A stretch of DNA of 64,000 nt. Origin: Octopus sinensis. Its lineage: Eukaryota. The notes beneath the pieces are model-generated. The model was not told where the DNA came from. It ran no database searches and was given only the letters and a program-made list of their open reading frames with translations. Below are positions 28,585 through 39,337 of the stretch, piece by piece (positions within the stretch are counted from its first letter, which is position 1; every line of letters begins with the position of its first letter). The translations under genes and the position numbers were made by a program. The DNA lies in NCBI RefSeq assembly GCF_006345805.1, contig NC_043006.1, positions 9,610,001 through 9,674,000 on the forward strand. The letters are read 5' to 3'.

Positions 28585-28909
28585 TATTGCCCCATTTCAA
28601 TGCAGCGTAGCCAGCCAGTAGGTGTCGCTTCCGACATCTCTATTCGATGGTTTTATTTACTAGTTTCGGTGGAATACATCCACTGTTTTCAATAATAGAA
28701 ATATTAAAATAACTAAGTCTCTCTAAAAGAGAACAGCGGCAGCGTTCCCGGAAAATAATAGTTATCGCCATACTAATATGGCATTCTTATAAAAATAAGA
28801 AAATAGCTGTCCGCTTATTAGCTCCATGAGGCAATCGCCTTAAGTTAGCTATTTGATACACAAACTGTATCCATATAACCTTCGAACAAGGGAGGTCAGT
28901 CGCTCCACA

Positions 28910-28980
28910 CTACTTGACCGGCAGCTACAGACGCGTTTCGGAGTATTGCCCCTTTTCAATGCAGCGTAGCCAGCCAGTAG
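28910..28980 (-). ncRNA. Type I hammerhead ribozyme fold, U3-A8 core variant
   Basis: Reverse complement ctactggctggc-tac-gctgca-TTGAAAA-gggg(caata)ctcc-GAAAC-gc-GTC-tgtagc-t-gccggtca-agtag; predicted cut between 28930 and 28929. Confidence 0.7.
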
Positions 28981-29270
28981 GTGTCGCTTCCGACAATCTC
29001 TGTTCGATGGTTTTTTATTACCTAGTTTCGGTGGAATACATCCACTTGTTTTCAATAATAGAAATATTAAAATAACTAAGTCTCTCTAAAAGAGAACAGC
29101 GGCAGCGTTCCCGGAAAATAATAGTTATCGCCATACTAATATGGCATCTTATAAAAATAAGAAAAAAGCTGTCCGCTTATTAGCTCCATGAGGCCATCGC
29201 CTTAAGTTAGCTATTTGATACACAAACTGTATCCATATAACCTTGAACAAGGGAGGTCAGTCGCTCCACA

Positions 29271-29341
29271 CTACTTGACCGGCAGCTACAGACGCGTTTC
29301 GGAGTATTGCCCCTTTTCAATGCAGCGTAGCCAGCCAGTAG
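29271..29341 (-). ncRNA. Type I hammerhead ribozyme fold, U3-A8 core variant (copy 2)
   Basis: Same sequence as 28910-28980; predicted cut between 29291 and 29290, giving a 361-nt monomer. Confidence 0.7.
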
Positions 29342-29841
29342 GTGTCGCTTCCGACAATCTCTGTTCGATGGTTTTATTTACCTAGTTTCGGTGGAATACA
29401 TCCATTGTTTGTTTCAATAATAGAAATATTAAAATAACTAAGTCTCTCTAAAAGAGAACAGCGGCAGCGTTCCCGGAAAATAATAGTTATCGCCATACTA
29501 ATATGGCATTCTTATAAAAATAAGAAAAAAGCTGTCCGCTTATTAGCTCCATGAGGCCATCGCCTTAAGTTAGCTATTTGATACACAAACTGTATCCATA
29601 TTACCTTCGAACAAGGGAGGTCAGCCGCTCCACACTACTTGACCGGCAGAACAGCTACGCGCGTTCGGAGTATTGCCCCTTCAATGCAGCGTAGCCAGCC
29701 AGTAGGTGTCGCTTCCGACAATCTCTGTTCTCTTTTAGAGAGACTTAGTTATTTTAATATTTCTATTATTGAAAACAAGTGGATGTATTCCACCGAACTA
29801 GGTAAATAAAACCATCGAACAGAGATTGTCGGAAGCGACAA

Positions 29842-29911
29842 CTACTGGCTGGCTACGCTGCATGAAAAGGGGCAATACTCCGAAACGCGTCTGTAGCTGC
29901 CGGTCAAGTAG
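29842..29911 (+). ncRNA. HHR fold in the inverted arm, 1-nt core deletion
   Basis: gctgcatgaaaaggggcaatactccgaaacgcgtctgtagc; one T missing from the core (mutation or read error). Confidence 0.5.
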
Positions 29912-30198
29912 TGTGGAGCGACTGACCTCCCTTGTTCGAAGGTATATGGATACAGTTTGTGTATCAAATAGCTAACTTAAGGCGATGGCCTCATGGAGCT
30001 AATAAGCGGACAGCTATTTTCTTATTTTATAAGAATGCCATATTAGTATGGCGATAACTATTATTTTCCGGGAACGCGCCGCTGTTCTCTTTTAGAGAGA
30101 CTTAGTATTTTAATATTTCTATTATTGAAAACAAGTGGATGTATTCCACCGAAAATAGGTAAATAAAACAATCGAATAGAGATTGTCGGAAGCGACAC

Positions 30199-30267
30199 CT
30201 ACTGGCTGGCTACTGCATTGAAAAGGGGCAATACTCCGAAACGCGTCTGTAGCTGCCGGTCAAGTAG
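30199..30267 (+). ncRNA. HHR fold in the inverted arm, intact U3-A8 core
   Basis: ctgca-TTGAAAA-ggggcaatactcc-GAAACGCGTC-tgtag; 2-nt deletion in the 5' strand of stem I. Confidence 0.6.
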
Positions 30268-30562
30268 TGTGGAGCGACTGACCTCCTTTGTTCGAAGGTT
30301 ATATGGATACAGTTTGTGTATCAAATAGCTAACTTAAGGCGATGGCCTCATGGAGCTAATAAGCGGACAGCTTTTTTGTTATATTTTATAAGAATGCCAT
30401 ATTAGTATGGCGATAACTATTATATATATATATAAATATATATATATAACGGAAATGAGGAATTTCGGTTGTATATATATATAAATATATATATATAAAT
30501 ATATATATATAACAGAAATGAGGAATTTCGGTTGTCCCCACGTGGTGGATTGTAATGTAAAG

Positions 30563-30985
30563 AAGGAAAATAAAAACGGAAAATACGCACACTTACATGG
30601 TTATGGTATAATTTTTAATGTATCAACCGGTTTTGCAATCGTTATTCATGATACAATGTTTAACGTATATGAAAATATATTTTTTATTAAGAAGAAAATG
30701 TGTCCTTGTTGTTTATAGTGAGATTCACGAGTGAATCTCATTATAAACAACATGGACCCATTTTATTTCTTAAGAAAAAATATATTTTCATATACGTTAA
30801 ACATTGTATCATGAATAACGATTGCGAAACCGGTCGATACATTAAAAATGGCCCAATTTTCTTCGTAAGAAAAAATATATTTTCATATAAATTAAACATT
30901 GTATCATGAATAGCGATTGCGAAACCGGTCAATACATTAAAAATTATACTATAGCCATGTAAGTGTGCGTATTTTCAGTTTTTAT

Positions 30986-30992
<7 letters not shown>
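30563..30992. mobile_element. Palindromic pLTR-like element with three HHR-like motifs
   Basis: Centre gagattcac-ga-gtgaatctc (loop 30729-30730); arms pair out to aaggaaaataaaaac / gtttttattttcctt; right arm has a ~95-bp tandem duplication. Confidence 0.8.
30805..30936 (+). ncRNA. Two tandem minimal HHR-like motifs with A3-U8 core (30805-30841, 30900-30936)
   Basis: tgtatc-ATGAATA-(a/g)cgattgc-GAAAC-cg-GTC-(g/a)ataca; each copy has one different stem mismatch and the consensus is fully paired. Confidence 0.55.
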
Positions 30993-31015
<23 letters not shown>

Positions 31016-31016
<1 letters not shown>

Positions 31017-31229
31017 ATTTACTACCCACAAGGGGCTAAACACAGAGGGGACAAACAGGGACAGACAAAGGGATTAAGTCGATTACATCGACCCAGTGCG
31101 AAACTGGTACTTTATTATCGACCCGAGAGGATGAAAGGCAATATCGACCTCGGCGGAATTTGAACTCAGAACGTAGCGACAGACGAAATATCGCTAAGCT
31201 TTTCGCCCAGCACGCTAAATGCTTAGCGA
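31016..31229 (-). mobile_element. Family A SINE
   Basis: actacccacaaggggctaaacacagagggg...gacctcggcggaatttgaactcagaacgtagcg...gctaagcttttcgccc. Confidence 0.9.
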
Positions 31230-31276
31230 TTGTATGTATGCATATATATATATGGTATATATATATATCATATATA

Positions 31277-31329
<53 letters not shown>

Positions 31330-34029
31330 TACATACATATATCATATTTAGTTATATATATATGAATATAAATTTGTTCTTTATGAGACTATCATTTTGT
31401 TATTTTTAATTCGATTACATCAGGTTATGAGATGGAAGTATGACGTAGTGGTTAGTGCAGTATCATGGCTATAAGCTAGCACCTAGTTTGGTTGAGATGA
31501 TAAAATAACTGAAAAACAGAGGATAGTTTGGTGGTTTGTATAATATTATAGCTATGTTTAGCTCCATGATAAGACCTACTTCGAGGACCTATGAGGAAAT
31601 ATCTTCTGTTCTTGATTATAGTTTAATTTTTCCAGTTATATTGGAATATGTGAATGATTAAATATTGCCATAATCACGAATTCAATTCTTGTATACCCAT
31701 GCTCTGCTCGGTTTAATCTTTAGTCTTGTGCCATGGATTCCCTTTCGACCAGATATATTGAAGTAGTTGAATGTCTTGAACACAATCCAATCACACCTGT
31801 AAAAGGAAACATGAATACCTATTATTGAAATCTATGCATATATATATAGGTATACGCGCAAAAGAAGTAGCATACGTTTCGCGTGAATCAAAGAGCTCCT
31901 ATACAGATATGCTCACTCACACAAACATACATCATTAAAATATGAATTATACATATAAATATATGTGTGTGTGTGTTGTGTGTCTGCGGGTGTTTGTATA
32001 CATATGTATGCACACAAATATATATATATATATATATATATTTGATAGGTATATATAGAAGGTGATATTCACACGTTGACTTCACGAGAATGAGTTTATC
32101 GTATTACTCTTGTCAACACTCTATTGCAAAAATATATCCCTGCAATCCACCTGGGCACGTCTTACACTCTCTGGTGTCATTTTTCATGGTTTCTATTTTA
32201 CTCCCTATCACACATCCGCTATACCGCCATGATTTATCTCAAAATAGCTATACATCTTACAGCTCTAATTGAAAAAAACCAAAGAGCAATTAATTTAGTT
32301 ATAGTAGCTATATTGTAGCTCATATAAAATATTCTTTCTTTACCTGTTTTACAATTTTTCTCTCAAGCACGGATAAACATATATTCTAATACAGAGACTG
32401 CTGTTATGTAAACATTAGAACACATTCCAAGAGCCTATATCGAATAAACTACCCATATTCCTTGAAATTTCGTAAAGTCTGAAGCTACTTCTTAACATAT
32501 ACAGCCAAAATAGTTCTTTAGCTGCCAAAACATGAAAGCTTTCACACGAATACTTTGAGAACGCATACAACGTTTAGTCAAGATTTACCATAAATCGCCT
32601 TTAAATATATTCCGTGGCATTCTCTAACGCAACTAGATGATAAACGAAGGTGATTAGTTTTCGCTTAATCCGAAACTATGTAAAATATTTTCGCATGTAT
32701 AATTAAATAAATTTCCAGCTAGTAACCAATTAAGTTATTACGTTAAAGTAATAACACTTTCATAACTTCCAAAGAAAGTGAGTATTCGCAAATGGGAAGC
32801 TTAGGAAAAAAGAAAAATTCAACGTTCAACCACATTAACACATGTGCATGTACGCATATGGACAGATAGGCAGATAAGATATATATTTATGCTCACACAA
32901 ACATATATCAATAAAATATGAATTATACATACAAATATGTGTGTGTATACATATTTATGCACGCAAATGTATATATAGTTGATAGGTATAGATATTTATA
33001 CACATACAATTCTCAAAATGTATGTCAAGATGTCTAAACATATATCAATAAAATTTGAATTATACATACAAATATGTGTATGTGTTTGTGTGTGCGCGTG
33101 AGTGTGTTTGTAGATATGTATACACGCAAATGTATATACTTTTGATAGTTATAGATATGTATGTACACACAATTCTCAAAATTTGAAGATGTCTAAATAT
33201 TTTCGGTATACACTGTACTTTTTGTGTGCGGATATTAAATGATATGTAATGCTTATTGATGCTTTCAAGAAAAAAAAAATGTTTCTGTTTCTTTTTTGAT
33301 GGAGGTAGGGGAGTGATTGATATAGTCTTCGTGAATTCTTTGATTTATTTCCATAATCTCCAAAGTCGATTACATGAACAAATCCAACTTCGTTGGCTAA
33401 CGCATAAAATTGCATTAGCAGTATTGAGTTGTACTGCCTTAAATCTTCGGCTTAAGCTAATACTTTGTGTTTAAATACATTTGACACTTTCTAATTTCTT
33501 TTAAGATTAAATGGTCTTGCGTATTAAGAGTTATTTGGACGGCACGTGACTAAACATCACGAGTGTTCTCTGCTGTGTGTAGGTATCATTTTTTAATTTC
33601 TACTTGTCTTACGTTCCGTTGCTTGTGGGTTTGTGAATGTGCGCGAGTGTTATAGCGCCTTGCGTGTATGTGTATCGTTGTTTTAGAAATTATATCATAA
33701 GTCATGTTTATCTTCTTTTCGTGAAGTTATATAATTTTAATTTTAGAAATTAAAATAATGCACTGTGTATGATCTTTAATATTGGGAAGTTAAATTAAGC
33801 GATCGTGGTCAGAATTCTCTTTTATTATCATTATATGCGTTGCATAAATTGCTGTGCTAATAGAAACATTACAGTGTTCAAATCCTGCCGAGGTCAAGTT
33901 CCCCTTTCATCATTTTGGTATTGATAAAATTGGTAGCAGTCGGGCAAATTGGTAGTAGTAGTAGGGACGTTTATTAATTTCTAAGAAGTACAAACATCTA
34001 ATCTCTTTGCAAGTAGGATTTTCTGACTT

Positions 34030-34445
34030 CTATTTCTTTACTAGCCAACAAGGGGCTGAACACAGAGGGGACAAACAAGGACAGACAAACGGATTAAGTC
34101 GATTACATCGACACCAGTGCGTAACTGGTACTTAATTTATCGACCCCGAAAGCCTGAAAGGCAAAGTCGACTTCGGCGGAATTTGAACTCACAACGTAAC
34201 GGCAGACGAAATACCTATTTCTTTATTACCCACAAGGGGCTAAACATAGAGGAGACAAACATGGACAGACAGGTATTAAGTCGATTACATCGACTCCAGA
34301 GCATGACTGGTACTTAATTTATCGACCCCGAAAGGATGAAAGGCAAAGTCGACCTCGGCGGAATTTGAACTCACAACGTAACGGCAGCCGAAATACCGCT
34401 AAGCATTTCGCTCGACGTGCTAACGATCCTGCTAGCTCGCCGCCT
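34030..34445 (-). mobile_element. Family A SINE dimer (full copy plus head-less copy)
   Basis: Unit 34215-34445 has the head; unit 34030-34214 lacks it; junction gacgaaatac|ctatttcttt. Confidence 0.9.
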
Positions 34446-34617
34446 TCAATGCTCCTGTCTTAACGCTCCAGCAACCTAGGGAAGGTTCGACGGAGGTTGT
34501 CCAAATGAAGCGTTCCAGGGACCTTGTCACAGCCTCTTGGATCTTAAAAACAACTCCATGTGAGTTTCATATTCAGCTCGAAGAAAATCCAAAAGTCAAA
34601 GTTTCAAGATGTGAACA

Positions 34618-34737
34618 ATAGTCATTTGACTGCGGCTATGCTGGAGCACCGCATTTTTAATCGAGCAACTCTACCCTGGGACTTATTCTTTGTACTTATT
34701 TTATCGGTCTCTTTTTGCCGAACCGGCGAGTTAATGC
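34618..34737 (-). mobile_element. Family B SINE 3' fragment
   Basis: gtcatttgactgcggctatgctggagcaccgc...ggtctctttttgccgaacc. Confidence 0.75.
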
Positions 34738-34814
34738 CCATCTCTGTTAAGCAGTTGGTTACCAAGATGATCGTCACCGAGGAGCCTGAACTGTATGCTT
34801 ATTGTTTTTCCTAG

Positions 34815-35040
34815 ACACCACTGTATTCAACCAGTAAATTGCTAATTTTCTCTGCTCTGATATTCAGAGGCTGCTCTCCCTCCCACATTTTTCATCGTCC
34901 CTTATCTCCTTTTCAACTGTCCTTGAACTTCCTGTTCCAGCAAAAAACTGAACACAAAAGCAGTCTGGAGTATTTGTAAATTTTTACGTAGCGAGTTTCC
35001 CACACTTTATCACAAAACATTATTGCATAACGAGATTTCA
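34815..35040 (-). mobile_element. Decayed mariner-like transposase N-terminal remnant
   Basis: Frameshifted pieces RYAIMFCDKV, LQILQTAF, VFCWNRKFKD and IRDDEKCGR in the expected order. Confidence 0.5.
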
Positions 35041-35414
35041 AACGTATCAACAACATTCTGAAAACTAACCAACTGTGACCAACAGGATTTAGTAGGGTGT
35101 GAACAAAGAGTCATTACAGCTGTCCCTCTTTAATCTGGAATAGTAAAATTTGGTGGTCAGTCTATTAGAAGTAAAGAAATGAAGAAAAAAGAAGCACGAC
35201 AACAATCTATCTACAACAGCTATAACTGCTTTTCCTAAAACGGTCTCAGAATTGGAATGCACCACGTGCACATACACATGCGCAAACGCACACACACACA
35301 ACTACACATATACACACATACACACACACATTGGAATGGCGCGACGAATAACTATTGTTGAAAACTCCACGTATTTTCCAGTGTGGGTGTTACACGGATT
35401 ATATTAAGAATACA

Positions 35415-35648
35415 AGGCGGCAAGCTGGCAGAAACGTTAGCCCGACGGGCAAAATTCTTTGCGGTATTTCGTCTGTCGCTACGTTGTGTGTTCAAATTCC
35501 GCCGAGGTCGACTATGCCTTTCATCCTTTCGGGGTCGATTAAATAAGTACCAGTTACGCAATGGAGTGGATATAATCAAGTTTATCCCTTTGCATGTCCT
35601 TGTTCGTCCTATCTGTGTTTAGCGCCTTGTGGGTAGTAAAGAAATAGG
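35415..35648 (+). mobile_element. Family A SINE, full length
   Basis: aggcggcaagctggcagaaacgttagc...gttcaaattccgccgaggtcgac...ccttgtgggtagtaaagaaatagg. Confidence 0.9.
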
Positions 35649-36322
35649 ATTATATTAAGAATACATTACAAAGCATAAGGGGGAATTTATAAAATATTTA
35701 GAGAGTGTAATCAAACTTAATATAATCAATCGCTCATATTTTGCTATGTGTTTCTGAGTGTTCGTCTGAATGGCAATGTTTACATCCGTTTTTATATTTC
35801 AAACAATCGTCGTTGAATCAGGAGTCTATGAAAATGTGAACATTAGTCAACGTATTTAGTTCGACAATATATGCACCCAGCAGAAGAAGTGCCTTAATAA
35901 AGATGCAGTTCATTGGCTGAATCCATTAAATATAATAGCAATAATTTAAGGGAGACTAAATAGAATTTGATAAATTTCGTCAAGGACAATTATATAAGGG
36001 TGATTGTCTTGGCAGATAAATAAAACTGCACATCCGGCTACATATAGATTATGATATAAGATTTCTTCAGTTTCGTTATCAGAGTAAATATTTTAGTATC
36101 TTCATCTCATTGTAAATTACTAACAAGTCTCAGTAAAGACTATTCTACATAGATATTAGTAAGGCTGAATATGAGTAATATATAATTACAGTGGTCACTA
36201 TAAATATTCTCAGCAGTTTTCCAGCATTTATGTCTCAAATAAGCAGTTAAGACTATTTATTATGTAAAACGCATTTCTGCATTCTAGAATATCCCCAGGA
36301 TATTCTAGATAGAATATCCATA

Positions 36323-36488
36323 GGCGCAGGAGTGGCTGTGTGGTAAGTAGCTTGCTAACCAACCACATGGTTCCGGGTTCAGTCCCACTGCGTGGCATCT
36401 TGGGCATGTGTGTTCTGCTATAGCCCCGGGCCGACCAATGCCTTGTGAGTGGATTTGGTACACGGAAACTGGAAGAAGCCTGTTCGTA

Positions 36489-36566
<78 letters not shown>

Positions 36567-36790
36567 GTGTTTGTTTGTGTGTCTGTGTTTGTCCCCCTAG
36601 CATTGCTTGACAACCGATGCTGGTGTGTTTATGTCCCCGTTACCTAGCGGTTCGGCAAAAGAGTCCGATAGAATAAGTACTGGGCTTACAAAAAGAATAA
36701 GTTCCGGGGTCGATTTGCTCGATGAAAGGCGGTGCTCCAGCATAGCCTCAGTCAAATGACTGAAACAAGTAAACTAGTAAGAGTAAAGAG
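36323..36790 (+). mobile_element. Family B SINE, full length
   Basis: Complete head, internal (TA)n, tail ggcggtgctccagcatagcctcagtcaaatgactgaaacaagta. Confidence 0.9.
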
Positions 36791-37299
36791 AGAGAGAGAG
36801 GATACGTATTTTCTGGCACTGTAGATGATGGTGAAATAAAATTTGATCGCTGTTATTAATATATGTGCTCTTGCTATGATTAGCAAATTTATATTGCAAC
36901 CGCTGTTATATATAGCAATGTATTGAACATCATATGTGTTGTTGATGCATTGGAAATGCATGGGTAGGCGTCATAAACGGAAACTCATTTGACAAGCTTC
37001 TTCTTTGGAATTGTTGAATATATTTCAATTCTTGGAACCGGTGTGAGTATACAAGGTATGTACTTTATGCATATGGACGTTGTACGTATTTGAAAGTTAA
37101 CGAAGTTGATGTATCTTTGTCAGTTGATGTACACTAATTTTATAAAGTACGTCAAAATATTGATTTATGAAGAAAGGGCTTATTTATGGTAGATACTGTT
37201 AATACCTGGAGACTATAGTAAACTATATGTAAACGATTTAGTAGATCATAGTTTAAGTGACATGGTCAATATTACAACTCACTGACACTTGCATAATTG

Positions 37300-37622
37300 T
37301 GTGCTGTTTAAGTGTTTATTGGAATACATTGTAGTACGTGCACTTCGTCTGTTGATCCGATCACGGAACAGCCTACTCATGAAATTAGCATTCAAGTGTC
37401 TGAGCACCCCACAGGAATGTGTACACTTAACGTAGTTCTCAGAGAGATTCAGATTGATAAGGCCGTCCATTTTGAAACATAGCTACTACTCATTTTTCCA
37501 GCTCAGTGGGCTGGCGCAAGGTGAAATAAAATGTCTTACTGAAGGACACAAATCATAGATGGCAACTGAGCACACGGCCTTACGATTGCGAGTTAAATAC
37601 CCTAAGCACTAATCCATGCACC
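37300..37622 (-). mobile_element. Third SINE-like family (diverged)
   Basis: Reverse complement begins aaggtgcatggattagtgcttagggtatttaactcgcaatcgtaagg (tRNA-like head); family recognised from memory only. Confidence 0.45.
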
Positions 37623-38828
37623 TTCACTGGAATATATAATAATGAATGCTAAAATTGAGGACGCCTGTGAACATGTAAACCCACACATCTCTGAGAAGAG
37701 AAAAGATGAAATGATTAAAGGAATCGGAGAAAACTTTGCGGCAAGTATAATGTTTCGGTCGAGAAATATATCACCTTTGATGTGATATTTTTGAATATGT
37801 TACATCTATGAAATAATTTTCCTCCAGTAATCGGAAATATTGAAGTTCGAGGGAAAATACAATCTAAAAGATTTAGGGCACAACATCTTGTAATGTGCTG
37901 AACAGTGTTCCTCTAACACGGTGAAAAGCATCCAGATTATATGGGTAGCATCTTCTCACCAATAAGGCTTTCGGTTCATGAGAGGGCCCCTGGTTTCTGA
38001 TTAAGATCGAAGAGAAAAATATTTATTGTCTTATTGGAACGAAAGAAATATTTTAGATATTTTATCTCGCTCACTTCATTTCAATCACTCTCACAATCTC
38101 CTGTTGGGATGTCAAATATGTTGCCTTGAATAACCTTCAGAGCCATTACCACATTATCTCCTAACATATGACTAACCTCAACTCCCAACCGTACACCTGT
38201 TATCTATTCTAACTTTCTCGTCATTGGGTTACCGCTTGCATTTCTACCATTCCAGTTACCAACATCTTATTTCTGTTGTAAGCCTGCGATATAAATATGC
38301 AACATAAATTGAGTAGCAATTCCATTTCATTGTTTGTAACACATCTTATAACTTTTCCATCCTCTTTGATGAAGGATAAAGCCCAAAGCCTCAAATGTTT
38401 TTTAGTTTCTTTTATGGCTCCAAATACTTATAATTTGCGCAATATTTCTTTGTTCTTATTTTGTTTCGAATCTTCCCCTTTATTTCACTACGTATTTTGC
38501 TACTTCCTATATCATCTATTTATTTGTCGCTTCCATACATAACATTGATTTGTTTGTTTTTTGCTTTTCTATATATGCATGTATATGCGTGTGTATGTGT
38601 GTATCTGAGTGTGTGCATATGTGTCAGTGTATTGTGAAGGTGTTTCTTTGTGTGTAATTGTGTGTGCGTGTTTGCTAACACATGAGACGTGATATTTTTG
38701 TCTATTACTTGAAAAAGGTTTTCAGTAGAAAATTATACGACTGAAAACATTATGTCGGCATAGACCTTATTGCGTTTTCCTGAATTTTATCAGAAATAAT
38801 TTAATCTTGTTTTTCTTTGTTTTTATAG

Positions 38829-38883
38829 AACGCTTCACTTGCTTGCCAAAATGCATTTATTGGGTTACGAAAAATGCATTTCG
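38829..38883 (+). CDS. Candidate 55-nt internal exon of an unidentified host gene
   Basis: Acceptor tcttgtttttctttgtttttatAG and donor GTAAGC; all frames open, e.g. NASLACQNAFIGLRKMHF. Confidence 0.4.
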
Positions 38884-39090
38884 GTAAGCAAACATAAAAT
38901 TATCACGGGAATAGGTCATACCTGATAAAACAGAATGCCGTTATATTGTACAAACTTATGTCAAAAATATTCGTTCTACTGTATGTGTTAGACTTATGAC
39001 TCGGAGGAATTTAGAGCACTTCACTTTATATAAGATTTCACAGTGTTTCTTAGTAAACAAGCAAATACATACGTGTATACATAGAAGCAA

Positions 39091-39159
<69 letters not shown>

Positions 39160-39200
39160 GTCTGTGTGGGTATGCATGTGTGTATATATAGATATATATA

Positions 39201-39256
<56 letters not shown>

Positions 39257-39297
39257 ATATATACACACACACCACACACACACACACACACACCACG

Positions 39298-39337
<40 letters not shown>

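Larger units (their letters stand above)
28585..30422. repeat. ~360-bp tandem array with internal inversion; candidate retrozyme or PLE-dependent element
   Basis: Unit starts (tattgcccc) at 28585, 28944, 29305, 29671; orientation flips at 29725-29730; inverted units start at 29725 and 30082; units are near-identical. Confidence 0.95.

Noticed and set aside
29654-29695. Functional HHR in the third array junction
   Set aside because: GAAAC-GCGUC is corrupted (reads gaacgcgcgtagc) and the core is shortened; may be decay or read error
28585-30422. CRISPR array or protein-coding repeat (ORF 28849..29055)
   Set aside because: Whole units are identical with no unique spacers; the ORF has no recognisable motif and is broken by indels between copies
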